DNA of 64,000 nucleotides from Macrostomum hystrix (GCA_950097015.1 CATNEN010000038.1:11222001-11286000); one strand, 5' to 3'; counted from the first letter of the stretch, positions 37,701-49,455 are shown. The notes: generated by a model not told the origin, from the sequence alone. Program-made: numbers and translations.

Positions 37701-38751
37701 AACAGCAGTACGCAGCCTTCAGATGCGCCACGTAATAACTGCGGCTGTGCTGTCGGCCACATTTTCCGATTATTCGAAAAAACAAACATCCGACCGCTTC
37801 CAGGTGAACTTCTGCTGGGTGTCATCTAGCTTGGCCGTGAAGAACATGTGGACCGCCTGCGTCAGCGTCTTCCGCTGCCTGGCTACCTTCCAGCCAATCA
37901 GATTCCGCCGCTGGCTGACACGCCGGTTCCAGCTGTGCAGCTTCTTCGTCCTGCTGCTGACCTCCGCGGCCATCGGAATCGGCACCTTCGTCGCTTGGCG
38001 ACTGGCCGCCCGCGACAGCGAGTGGTTCCTGGTTCGAGTCATGCTTCCGCTGCTGAGGGCTCCACAGACCTACCTGCCTGTGCCGCTGATCCTGCTGACC
38101 TCCTGCGTCACCGCAGCACTGCTGGTCATCGCCGGGAGGAACCGACCGAGCGAAGCCGCTGAAGTCACCGCCGCTCCGTTGGTCATCGCCAGGGGCAACC
38201 GGCCAGGCAAGGCGTCCCCTGCCAACAACGCCAGCGCTGACGGTGCCGCTTCTAGCAACTCGGCCAATGTTCCATCCAGCTGGGTAGCCGCTACCCGCAT
38301 CGTGCTGGTCCTGGCCGCCAGCTTCATCGTCTTCGAACTGCCCGGAGCTGTGTTTGTCACCTTCGAGCTCTACCGATTCTTCCCCGACTGGCTGGTGCCC
38401 GTCAATGACCTTCTGGTGACTGTGGACAGCGCCACCAGCTTCTTCGTCTTCTACATCTTTAGCACCAACTTCCGCCGGCACGTGAGCCAGATGCTCACGT
38501 GTTTTGCAAAACACAGGGCGCCGGCAGCGCCTGGCCAATGGGGGATCGGGGCCAGTGGCCTCAACGCCGTCGCTAATTTGGCGGCCTCGGAGCGGCGGCT
38601 TCGGTCGCAGGACGTCAACGCCGAAATTCAGCCGCAGCGGTGTCGTCTGCTGGAGTCCAGCCGCTCTTCAAGCGGCTCTCAGCTGGACGAACTGCAGCAG
38701 CAGCTGCTGCAGCTGCATTTTCAGAGGCTCGCACTGACCTACTCAAAGTAG
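31717..38751 (+). CDS. Orphan class-A 7TM GPCR paralogue B (FMRFamide/sex-peptide/srw-like type); exons 31717-32028, 37804-38751
   Basis: Phase-0 GT..AG intron; seven hydrophobic segments; N-glycosylation sequons (NAS, NVT); TM3 end SVFRCLATFQP (DRY equivalent); TM6 FIVFELP; TM7 NDLLVTVDSATSFFVFYIFSTNFRR. Confidence 0.85.
32112..32238 (-). mobile_element. SINE family A fragment (CORE + tail)
   Basis: ctgttcagtccatggactgggg...cagctgggtgaaccgaagca. Confidence 0.7.
32240..32375 (+). mobile_element. SINE family B 5' part
   Basis: gagtggcagaatggttaacg...gagctcgattccg...ctcagccgcggagagaaggcttg. Confidence 0.7.
32678..36432 (-). mobile_element. P-element superfamily DNA transposon (THAP9-like), full length, in the GPCR-B intron
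   Basis: Perfect 31-bp TIRs (CACAGATAATATATAACTAGATTGGTCACTC, 32678-32708 / 36402-36432); 8-bp TSD AATTAGAT (32670-32677 / 36433-36440); 14-bp subterminal inverted repeats (32726-32739 / 36360-36373). Confidence 0.95.
33160..36071 (-). pseudogene. THAP-domain P-element transposase; exons 36071-34174 and 33912-33160; single 2-bp frameshift near 35146
   Basis: THAP finger (CCAATC...HRFP...W...VCSAHF...AVP), YRLLR..LPLPS, LCFDGM, AIVADQ, DVPHCLKNLRN, KMKVSLAAQVLS, and TQDHVE|NLFSLVRGHNGFNDKP across a GT..AG intron. Confidence 0.9.
36465..37498. repeat. 20-bp minisatellite (ccccacagcctcactggaWa)
   Basis: About 51 units; inverted relative of 29885-30825. Confidence 0.97.
37505..37765 (+). mobile_element. 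tRNA-derived CORE-type SINE (family A)
   Basis: ggctagtggttagagcgtcggactcatgaactgaaggtcggaggttcgattcc head, CORE block and tail. Confidence 0.85.
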
Positions 38752-38860
38752 TCACTGCTTTTTTATCGTTGTCCGGCTGTCCTGCTGAAGACTGCGGTTG
38801 AGGCAGACTCTAATGTGAGGTCTAGAAATCTACGTAGTCTACGTGAAGTATACGTAGCGT

Positions 38861-39236
38861 TGTAGTGCTGCCACTATTCGAGTGCCTCGCATAGAGCCAG
38901 TGCTAAGTTAGAAAGCACGTGATGGAATCACGTGGTTTCTAAAAATAGCAACTGACGTCAGTGGCGCGCAAAACGTACTTTCTGACTAATGACTGTGGCA
39001 CCAAGTTTAGTAGGCAGTTTACTTACTGCAATTCAAAGACTAAGAAAGAGACCTGCAACGAAACACGTGATGGCTGACGACAGACGACAGAGCAAACACA
39101 CGCCAGAGCCGGCGCTAGAGGTAGGCGAGCTGGGCAGTCACTCTGTGCCTTGCAGCAGGTACCTAAGCTACTTTAACAGGTGGGGCAACTGACAGCTAGT
39201 CAACACCATTCGGCCCCCAAGCAGTGGCTCACTACA
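38861..39236. mobile_element. Solo-LTR-like (or MITE-like) element
   Basis: TGTAGTGctgccact...agtggctCACTACA imperfect terminal inverted repeat; internal blocks homologous to 62446-62912; no TSD seen. Confidence 0.55.
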
Positions 39237-39489
39237 CTATTTTCAACATCATTTAATCTAAGATTGTTTATTTAGTTTCCGACAGCAAATAAAAAACAAA
39301 ACTGACATGTTTGTGATTTGAAACTAAAGCCGTGTGTCTCATCACAAGACGTCTAACGTGTTATTTATTTTACTGCTGGGTTCACAACAGGCCAGCTGCA
39401 TGCACACAGCATGCTGACAAAACAGCAAGTTGTTGTCAGTTACTTTCCCCATGCACTATAAGGGGCAGTCATTGCTGACGCTGACCCGC

Positions 39490-41304
39490 CTACTTCGGCT
39501 GTCGCATTGTAAAAATCTGTCGCGGACTAGTCGTTGGCTGCCGCGACGACTCAGCTGAGACTCGTGGTCCTAGAAGTCGCTTACGACTGCTGCCGCCGCC
39601 GCCGCTGCTGCTGCTGCTGATGCTGGCCCCGGTGCTGGTACTGCGAAATCTGCGCCTGTCGATAGTCGAGGAACGGGGGCTGACAGTGGCTTCCCGTTCC
39701 TGACGGCCGGGCGCGCCGGGCTCGTTGATGAGTTGGCAAACCAGGCGCCGGAAGTTGGTGCTGAAGATGTAGAAGACGAAGAAGCTGGTGGCGCTGTCCA
39801 CAGTCACCAGAAGGTCGTTGACGGGCACCAGCCAGTCGGGGAAGAATCGGTAGAGCTCGAATGTGACAAACACAGCTCCGGGCAGTTCGAAGACGATGAA
39901 GCTGGCGGCCAGGACCAGCACAATGCGGGTAGCGCTGCGCCAGCTGCGAGCTTCGGCTGCCACGACGGCTGCGGCGTTCGGATTCGCGTTGGCGGTGGCG
40001 ACGGCAGCGGCTTCGCTCGGTCGGTTCCTCCCGGCGATGACCAGCAGTGCTGCGGTGACGCAGGAGGTCAGCAGGATCAGCGGCACAGGCAGGTAGGTCT
40101 GTGGAGCCCTCAGCAGCGGAAGCATGACTCGAACCAGGAACCACTCGCTGTCGCGGGCGGCCAGTCGCCAAGCGACGAAGGTGCCGATTCCGATGGCCGC
40201 GGAGGTCAGCAGCAGGACGAAGAAGCTGCACAGCTGGAACCGGCGTGTCAGCCAGCGGCGGAATCTGATTGGCTGGAAGGTAGCCAGGCAGCGGAAGACG
40301 CTGACGCAGGCGGTCCACATGTTCTTCACGGCCAAGCTGGAGGACACCCAGCAGAAGTTCACCTGGAAGCGGTCATATGTTTGTTTTTCGGTGAAGTGGA
40401 TGCAGCTACTCTACTGATAGTAGAGTTGTTAGCATTTTCCTTTTTTAGAATAGGCTATCGACTTTGGACATTTTATCTGAGGATTTTAACATTGTGAATA
40501 CTTCCTTGTTTATCCGTTTTGATGCTCTTCAAACCTTACAGGTTGATAACTAAATTTTTCTCACATCAGTAATCCGGAGCAAAAGATGGATTATCTCTAA
40601 ACTGCTTGACTCGGACTGAAAAGTGTTTTTGCTAATGCTTGTCGAAACACCCTGAACTGATTATTAAAAGATATTTCGGTCTGGCTAGAAATTTAATTAG
40701 TCGTAAATCACAAGAAAAATCTGTGTTTTTTATATTCTTTGCTTTTAGCAATGCTTACATTTAGAGGCTTGCATCATCGGTAATCGAAGGTCGGTGGTTC
40801 GATTCCCGGCTTTACTGGTGCAATTGAGGGTTGAGGGTGGGAGTTTATAATTGAGGGTGGGAGTGGCGTCACCCCAGTCCATGGACTAAACAGCCGTATG
40901 CTGTTCATTGTTATCATAATTAATTTTGAAATGTAATGTCGGCGAATTTCTCAGTGCAGTTGAGTACAGCCAAGAATCGAACTCACATCAAACAGGATGT
41001 TGGCCGCAGAGCCGGCCTGTCGTGTCTGCTCGGTCAAGATCAGCGCCAGGTCCAACGGAATGTAGCCGCTAATGGCCAGGCAGTAATTAACGTGAGCCAG
41101 CTGGAAGATGATGAGGCCAACGTCAAACACCTCGCGGTTGCGCAGGTACTTGCGAATCAGCAGCGTTAGAGACAGGCTGCTTAGCAACAGGCCGGCTACC
41201 GACACAGGAATCGTGACCGCTCGAATTGCAACGTACCAATTGCTGTACGCATAGGCTGCCAAAGTTGAATTAGCCGACCCATGGGCAGTGGGCAGTGGCT
41301 CCAT
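39490..41304 (-). CDS. Orphan class-A 7TM GPCR paralogue C; exons 41304-40987, 40362-39490
   Basis: Same intron position and TM1-7 as paralogue B; first ATG at 41304 lies downstream of TATA/CCAAT; NST sequon in the N-terminus. Confidence 0.85.
40780..40905 (+). mobile_element. SINE family A, internally deleted
   Basis: gaaggtcggtggttcgattcc head remnant followed by the tail gagggtgggagtggcgtcaccccagtccatggact. Confidence 0.65.
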
Positions 41305-41396
41305 TCCCTCGGTTTGGTTCTGAGTTTCTAAGAACGACGCCAAGGTGTGCTGAACGACTACCTCGTGGGAATTCCCCAGTTCTCCGCCACCCGGCC

Positions 41397-41446
41397 TTTT
41401 ATAGCCGTGGCTCTAGGCTTCTCCGAGAACAGGCCTTGGCCATTGG
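41397..41446 (-). promoter_or_regulatory. TATA + CCAAT promoter of GPCR-C
   Basis: Minus-strand TATAAAA (41403-41397) and CCAAT (41446-41442), about 95 bp upstream of the ATG. Confidence 0.55.
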
Positions 41447-41579
41447 CGTGTGCTCACGACACTCCCATTGCCAATCCCCTTGCCACTTTCTTACGGGCTC
41501 AATCACGAAGCTTAATCTTTGCGTGGGCTGAATTCTAAGTAAGTTAATTAAACCTGGCAGACATGAACGGGTGTATCTC

Positions 41580-44500
41580 TGTGGACTAAGGCAGAGAGAC
41601 TGCGACTAAGAGTTGACGAAGTTTTACAGCGATTTATTTGTGGACTCACGAGTTAAATCGCAATCAGTGCCAAGGTGTAAAAGTGAGAGAGAAAGGCATG
41701 CACGCGGTTGATGTACATTAGACACCCAGGGAAGTGAACGCATATGTACATTGCCACACACTACAATCCTCCCACGCAAAGAAGAAAAAAAGGGAAACTC
41801 GAAGGAAATAAAGATATTCAAAAAGAATAAAAACGCAGCAAGTGATTTGTGCAACTTAAGCAATATTAAGACAGTCCATGAGTTCAGCGCAGTCATTCAA
41901 TCAAAAGTTCAACCCGGCACATATCGATCAACCGGCAGCCGCCTCCGCACCGGGTAGCGCCTCTAGGGCAGCTCGTCCGCCGCCTCTCCGCAGCCGTGCA
42001 GCTCGTGCGCGAAGGGCGGCTGCTCGAAACGCTCGACGTCGGGTGCCGGCAGGAACAGCGGCCGAAGGCGGTTTACGTTCACTTTGCGCGTCTTGCCGTT
42101 CTTGCCGATCTCGACCACCAGATCGCGCTGGGACAGCACCCGCCAGCCGGGGTCCCAGTACGGCGTCAGCTTGGAGCCCCTCAGCTCGATGCGCAGCAGC
42201 ACCTCGTCGCCCTGGCCGAATCTGCGCAGCTGCCCGGCTGACCTGTTGTAGTCGCTCTGCTGCTCGCCAGCCGCCTGCACCAGGTGCTCCTCGACAAACT
42301 CTCGAATGCGCAGCAGGTCGGCCTCCAGCTTGTCTGCGTAGGTCTGCACGTCGTAGAATCGCCTGGGCTTCTGGCTGAGGACTGGCTGACAGGGGTCGCG
42401 CCCGGTGAAGACTTTCAGCGGTGGCAGTCGCGTTGAGCAGTGCATTCGCGAGTTGTAGGACAGCAGGATCAGCGGCAGCTTGTCCTCCCACTTGCTCTCT
42501 CGCTCGGTGAAGCACCTGAGTAGTTGCAGCACGGACTTGTTTCCCGACTCGGTCAGTCCGTTTTCTTTCGGATTGTACGCTGTGGTTCTTGTCTTGGTGA
42601 CTCCCAGACCACGCAGAGTGTCTTGAAAGAGCTGGCTTTCGAAATTCGGGCCTTGGTCCGAGTGGATGACTCGAGGCAGTCCAGCCTGGGAGCAGATTGA
42701 AAGGAAGGCGCGAGCAGTAGTCTGGGCCGTCTGGTCCGGTAACGCCACAGCCGTCAGGTACTTGGAAAATTGGTCCTGAGCTACCAGCAGGTAGTTGTTG
42801 CCGCGTGATGATGCCACCGAGTCCCATGGCGATCCGATAGGCAGCTCTCCGAGTGGCGCCTTGGGCTGCGAACCTGCCTTGTTCTCCTGGCAGACGGCGC
42901 AGTTCTGGCAGTGCTGCAGGACGTCCTCAGCCATGCCCGGCCAGTAGGCGGTCAGCTTGAGCGTGCGGTAGCATTTCTCGGCACCGAAGTGGCCTCCAAG
43001 ACCTTCGTGCACGTCTGCTAGGAACTGCATGGTGTCGTACAATTGCCGGCACCACTGGAACCTCCCTCAGTCCATCCAGGTCGTTGAACTTGCGTGAGAG
43101 AACTCCGTCATCATTCAGCTTCAGCTTCCTCCAGATTCTGCTCATTTGCTGCAGCGGTCCTGATCGCCATCTTGGAGGCACGTTTGGCTCGTTGACGATC
43201 GCTTGAATCACCTGACTAGGCTCTGGATCTTGCCGCTGAGCAGTTTTGAGCTCCTCCTAGCCGATTTCTGCTGTCAGTTGAGTCGCTGCAACTTCCGGGG
43301 CGTGCAGCCTGAACAGCGCGTCGCATCGGAATTCTCCACACCTCTGCGGTACTTAATGGTGAAGTCGAACTCTTGGAGCAGCAGCCGCCAGCGACCCAGC
43401 CTACCATAGCTATCGACTCACTGATAATCGATGTAGGTGAGCGGGCAGTGATCCGTGTGCACCGTGAAATGCTTGCCGAGCAAGTAGTGCCGGAAGACAT
43501 TGAAAGCGTGCAGGATGGCCAGACACTCCTTCTCTGTTGCCGAGTACTTTTTCTCCGCCGAGTTGAACGCCCTGCTCGAAAACTCGATCACTGCATCGCC
43601 TTGCTTCAGGATTGCACCGACCCCACTGCCGCTGGCATCCGTGAAGACAGCGAACTCCTTGGAAAAGTCCGGGTTCACCAGGATCGGAGGACTCATCAGG
43701 CAGATCTTGAGCTCGTCGAAGGCAGCTTGGCACTCTGCAGTCCACGCCCTTGCCAGTCAGGTGGTGAAGTGATGCAGCGATGGCAGCGAAGTTGGCGACA
43801 TGGCGGCGGTACTGGTTGCACTGGCGGATCTCTTTGACTGACCTCGGCTCCTTCCACTGCTGAATCGCCTCCAGCTTCTCTTTGCTTGGCTGAGCTCCCT
43901 CCTTTGAATAGCGCGTGCCGAGGAAGGTCACTTCAGGCACCGCGATCTTGCACTTGGAGCCTCTCAGTGTCAGCCCGGCTGCTCTGACTCGCTGAAGGGC
44001 CTCTCGCAGTTGCAGCAAATGCTCCTTTCTGGTCTTTGAACAGGCTGTCATCGAAAAACGTGAAGACGAAGTCACAGCCATTGAAAACTTTGGACATGAG
44101 CATGCGGAACGTGCTGGGGCCACCTGACAGGCCTTGAGGCATTCTCTTAAATTGGTACAGCGGCATCCCTGGTCCAGGGCTAAAGGCCGTCTTCTGCCTG
44201 TCTTCTTCAGCCAGAGGGATCTGGAAGTAGCCTCCATTGAGATCCAGCACTGAGAACACCGTGCTGCCCGCGATTCGATCTCGTGCCTCCTCCATTAGCG
44301 GAATTCCCTGCGGCGACCGAATCGTCTTCTTGTTGAGCTCTCTTGTGTCGATGGTCAGCCGCAGACTGCCTTCCTTCTTGGTCACGTACACCGGTGGAGC
44401 CACGTACGGACTCTCGCTCAGTTCGATCACGTCGTTCTCCAACAGCTCCCGAATCAGCAGCTCCACCTTCTCCCGGTAGTGCACGGGCATTCGGCGTGGT

Positions 44501-44955
44501 GGGACACGAACTGGCACCTCATCAGCGAGAAAAATTCGATGCTGCTGGAGATGCGTAAGTCCCGGCTTCTTCTTGAACACGTCCTTGAACTCCATCAGCA
44601 GTCCCTGAACTTCGGGATCATCGGTGGTTGGCAGCGTTGCTGCTGGATTGTGCTGCATCAGTAGCCTTTTCAAGCGCTTGCACTGAGGTCTTGATGTTGG
44701 TGTCTGCTCGAATCTGTCAGCCCACGGAGTCTGGCAGGCCGCAGATGAACTGATGAAACAGCAGGGCTTCTCGAGCATCTACATCGATCACGGCAGAGCT
44801 CTGCAGCAGTTTCTTCAGCTCGTGCAGGTACATGCGTGGAGTCTCACTTGCCAAAATTCTCCTCGCTTTGAACGCTTCCATGACGGCGAAGTGCTCTCGG
44901 ACCACGCTCTGACACCCAGGGAAGTGAACGCATATGTACATTGCCACACACTACA
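41580..44955 (-). mobile_element. Gypsy/Ty3 LTR retrotransposon, internally deleted and degenerate
   Basis: 3' LTR 41765-41580 (TG..CA, 186 bp, AATAAA, preceded by purine tract GGGAGGA). 5' LTR reduced to an identical first 45 bp (44955-44911). 4-bp TSD TCTC (41576-41579 / 44956-44959). Domain order gag remnant-RT-RNaseH-IN. Confidence 0.92.
41963..44910 (-). pseudogene. Frameshifted gag-pol remnant (RT, RNase H, integrase)
   Basis: RT: SPYVAPP, LRLTIDTRELN, FSVLDLNGGYFQI, KTAF, RMPQGL, FFDD. RNase H: TDASGSGVGAIL, YSATEKECLAI, TDH. Integrase: H..GH...C..C, SDQGPNF, YNPKENG. Multiple frameshifts; no protease found. Confidence 0.9.
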
Positions 44956-45054
44956 TCTCGATCCCGCTTGATATTGGCTGGCTTCAAGGTGTAAACAACC
45001 CCTGTCTAATAATGTCCAGATGCGTTCGCTTGTCAATAGTTAAAACTCAGCAGT

Positions 45055-45738
45055 TAGAATCGTAGCCGTAAACCATCTAGAATCGTACCCTTAAACTATC
45101 TAGAATCGTACCCATAAACCATCTAGAATCGTACCCATAAACTATCTAGAATCGTACCCATAAACTATCTAGAATCGTACCCATAAACTATCTAGAATCG
45201 TACCCATAAACTATCTAGAATCGTAGCCGTAAACCATCTAGAATCGTACACTTGAAGTATTTAGAATCGTAGCCGTTAACCATCTAGAATCGTAGCCCTA
45301 AACCATCTAGAATCGTAGCCGTAAACCTTCAAGAATCGTAGCCGTAAGCTATCTAGAATCGTAGCCGTAAGCTATCTAGAATCGTAGCCTACAACCTTCT
45401 AGAATCGTAGCCGTAAGCTATCTAGAATCGTAGCCGTAAGCTATCTAGAATCGTAGCCGTAAGCTATCTAGAATCGTAGCCGTAAGCTATCTAGAATCGT
45501 AGCCTACAACCTTCTAGAATCGTAGCCGTAAACTATCTAGAATCGTAGCCGTAAGCTATCTAGAATCGTAGCCGTAAGCTATCTAGAATCGTAGCCGTAA
45601 GCTATCTAGAATCGTAGATAGCTTCTAGAATCGTAGCCTACAGCCTTCTAGAATCGTAGCCTACAACCTTCTAGAATCGTAGCCGTAAACCATCTAGAAT
45701 CGTAGCCGTAAACCATCTAGAATCGTAGCATCTAGAAT
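45055..45738. repeat. 23-bp minisatellite (tctagaatcgtagccgtaaRcYa)
   Basis: Tandem units. Confidence 0.95.
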
Positions 45739-46069
45739 CTACTGTTAGGTCGCGAAATCGAATCTGCAGCCTGATAGCAGCAGGCAGGCAAATGTGTTTT
45801 TCCACTCTGCCAGTAAGGACGCAGATCTGCAGTTATGTCACCAGATATCCCGTCTCGCTGGGGGTGGGTGATGAGGCAGCGACAGAGAAATACCAATAGA
45901 AACTCAATCTTGTTTTTTTCCGCCTGACTGCGGGCTCGTGTTTACAGCGGACTCATAGAGCACTTGCAACGAATTCTGATTGTCTCATCAATCTGAAGGG
46001 ATGTGTAAACAAAATATTGAGTAGTCCGTTTGGGGTAACTTTGCGTCAAGTAGCAAACGTTTGACAAGA

Positions 46070-46548
46070 AGGACAAGTGAGATTAGACAGACAAAAAGAG
46101 TGAGATTAGACAGACAAGTAGAGTGAGATTAGACAGACAAGTAGAGTGAGATTAGACAGACAAGTAGAGTGAGATTAGACAGACAAGTAGAGTGAGATAA
46201 GACAGACAAGTAGAGTGAGATTAGACAGACAAGTAGAGTGAGATAAGACAGACAAGTAGAGTGAGATTAGACAGCCAAGTAGAGTGAGATAAGACAGACA
46301 AGTAGAGTGAGATAAGACAGACAAGTAGAGTGAGATAAGACAGACAAGTAGAGTGAGATAAGACAGACAAGTAGAGTGAGATAAGACAGACAAGTAGAGT
46401 GAGATAAGACAGACAAGTAGAGTGAGATAAGACAGACAAGTAGAGTGAGATTAGACAGACAAGTAGAGTGAGATAAGACAGACAAGTAGAGTGAGATAAG
46501 ACAGACAAGTAGAGTGAGATAAGACAGACAAGTAGAGTGAGATAAGAC
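46070..46548. repeat. 23-bp minisatellite (agacagacaagtagagtgagatW)
   Basis: About 20 tandem units. Confidence 0.95.
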
Positions 46549-47189
46549 TGTCATTAAAAGAGTGTCATTAAAAATTAGAATTCATTTAATAACTGACGAA
46601 ATCCTAAATTCCCAGAACAATTCAAATTCCAACCGACAACTATAAGTAAGCAATCAGCAAATTTTTGAGTCATAAATTTGACTCATTTGAATAGAGTTGC
46701 TTTGTTTGATTTGCTGCTATCAATATTTCTTAGTTTAATCAACACCTGTAAATTCTATTAGCATGAAAGATGTATCAAAGTTTAATAAAGTTAATTAAAA
46801 AGTGAAATGAAAAAATCTTTTTCAATTCGAATTTTGCTGCTTTTGTTTGTGTCTGTTTACGGTTTTTGACGTCCTGAATGACCAGTTTCCTCTTGTTTGT
46901 CTGTGTCTGTGTCTGTTTGTTTGTACTTTGAAATCAAAGCATTCGCCGAAAACGTAGTCTTGTAACCGTGCCGAATCAGAAAACTAACTGATTGATTTCT
47001 ATTTCAGGTTATGCCCTTCAGTGCGCCATCGGCAAATTTACTTTCATGCCGAACACAATAAGTGGCGCCTCGCCTGCTTAGACGAGTGACATTGGAGGTC
47101 GAAAGAAAGTAAACAACGAGAGCCGTCACTGTGTACAAAATCTTAGTCGTTGCTATGGAAAGGAAAGGTAGAATGAAAACTATCTCACT

Positions 47190-47835
47190 TTCCCATTGTC
47201 CCATTGTCCCTTTCCCATCTCACTCCCTCCAACTGTCGCTCTGCCTCCCTCCCATTGCCACTCTCCCTCCCATTGCCACTCTGCCTCCCATTGTCACTCT
47301 CCCTCCCATTGCCACTCTCACTCCATCCCATTGTCACTCTCCATCCCATTGTCACTCTCCATCCCATTGTCACTTTCTACATCAAATTGTCACTCTCTTC
47401 ATCCCATTATCACTCTCACTCAATCCCATTGTCATTCTCCATCCCATCTCTCTTCTAGTTAAGTGAGTTACATTGTCACTCTCTCCATCCCGTTGTCACT
47501 CCCTCTTTCCCATTGTCACTCCCTCCCTCGCATCGTCACTCTCCCATTGTCACTCTCCCATTGTCACTCTCCCTCCCTCCCATCGCCACTCTACCATTGT
47601 CACTCCCACCATCCACTCTCTTAATCCCAGTGTCACTTTCTCAATCCTGATGTCACTCTCCATCCATCAAATTGTCACTCTCCCCATTCAATTGTCACTC
47701 TCTTCATCCAATTTCCACTCTCTCCATCCCATTGTCAATCTCTTCATCCAATTTCCACTCTCTCCATCCCATTGTCAATCTCTTCATCCAATTTCCACTC
47801 TCTCCATTCCATTGTCACTCTCGTCCTCCCGTTGT
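47190..47835. repeat. Degenerate ~18-bp pyrimidine-rich repeat (cccattgtcactctccat)
   Basis: Tandem degenerate units. Confidence 0.85.
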
Positions 47836-48155
47836 CTCGTCAAAATAGCAAAAAACTAACAATGGAGCAGCCAGAAGATGTTGTAAACAAACAGAAAGCA
47901 AAACGATAAACTGTCGTTTGTAAAGTGCAGAAAAAATTCAATTCTTACACAAAATAAAAGCTGCACACGCTCCTAGTTCACTTTTGAAAGGGAAATTCAA
48001 TTGCTTTGTTTTGCGAAATGCCTTTCACACTACTGAAAAAAGTAGACATGTAAATAAAATAGCATCAGAAAAAAACATTTAAAATACAAATTTCAAAACT
48101 AGCTTAATCTAGTCTCGCTAGGTCAAGCACTAATTATTTCAATACATATTCTATG

Positions 48156-49455
48156 ACACCTCACCTAGTATGGAGACAACAAACTCACTCCAAACTAGTA
48201 TGGAAACACCCACCTCACTCCAAACTAGTATGGAAACACCCACCTCACTCCAAACTAGTATGGAGACACCCAACTCACTCCAAACTAGCATGGAGACACC
48301 CAACTCACTCCAAACTAGTATGGAGACACCCACCTCACTCCAAACTAGTATGGAAACACCCACCTCACTCCAAACTAGTATGGAGACACCCAACTCACTC
48401 CAAAATAGCATGGAAACACCCACCTCACTCCAAACTAGTATGGAAACACCCACCTCACTCCAAACTAGTATGGAGACACCCAACTCACTCCAAACTAGTA
48501 TGGAGACACCCACCTCACTCCAAACTAGTATGGAAACACACACCTCACTCCAAACTAGTATGGAGACACCCAACTCACTCCAAACTAGTATGGAGACACC
48601 CACCTCACTCCAAACTAATATGGAAACACCCACCTCACTTCAAACTAGTATGGAAACACACACCTCACTTCAAACTAGTATGGAAACGCCCACCTCACTT
48701 CAAACTAATATGGAGACACCCACCTCACTCCAAACTAGCTTGGAGACACCCAACTCACTCCAAACTAGTATGGAAACGCCCACCTCACTTCAAACTAATA
48801 TGGAGACACCCACCTCACTCCAAACTAGCTTGGAGACACCCACCTCACTCCAAACTAGTATGGAAACACCCACCTCACTCCAAACTAGTATGGAAACGCC
48901 CACCTCACTTCAAACTAATATGGAGACACCCACCTCACTCCAAACTAGCTTGGAGACACCCACCTCACTCCAAACTAGTATGGAGACACCCAACTCACTC
49001 CAAACTAGCATGGAGACACCCAACTCACTCCAAACTAGTATGGAAACACACACCTCACTCCAAACTAGTATGGAAACACACACCTCACTCCAAACTAGTA
49101 TGGAGACACCCACCTCACTTCAAACTAGTATGGAAACACCCACCTCACTTCAAACCAGCATGGAAACACCCACCTCACTTCAAACTAGCATGGAGACACC
49201 CACCTCACTTCAAACTAGTATGGAAACACACACCTCACTCCAAACTAGTATGGAGACACCCACCTCACTTCAAACTAGTATGGAAACACCCACCTCACTT
49301 CAAACCAGCATGGAAACACCCACCTCACTTCAAACTAGTATGGAAACACCCACCTCACTTCAAACTAGCATGGAAACACCCACCTCACTTCAAACTAGCA
49401 TGGAGACACCCACCTCACTTCAAACTAGTATGGAGACATCCAACTCACTCCAAAA
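48156..49455. repeat. 30-bp minisatellite (caaactagtatggaRacacccacctcactc)
   Basis: About 43 units; source of the METPTSLQTS pseudo-ORF. Confidence 0.95.

Noticed and set aside
37822-40497. Antisense and alternative-frame ORFs over GPCR exons (also over KASH, PDZ and pol)
   Set aside because: Shadow ORFs of GC-rich coding sequence.
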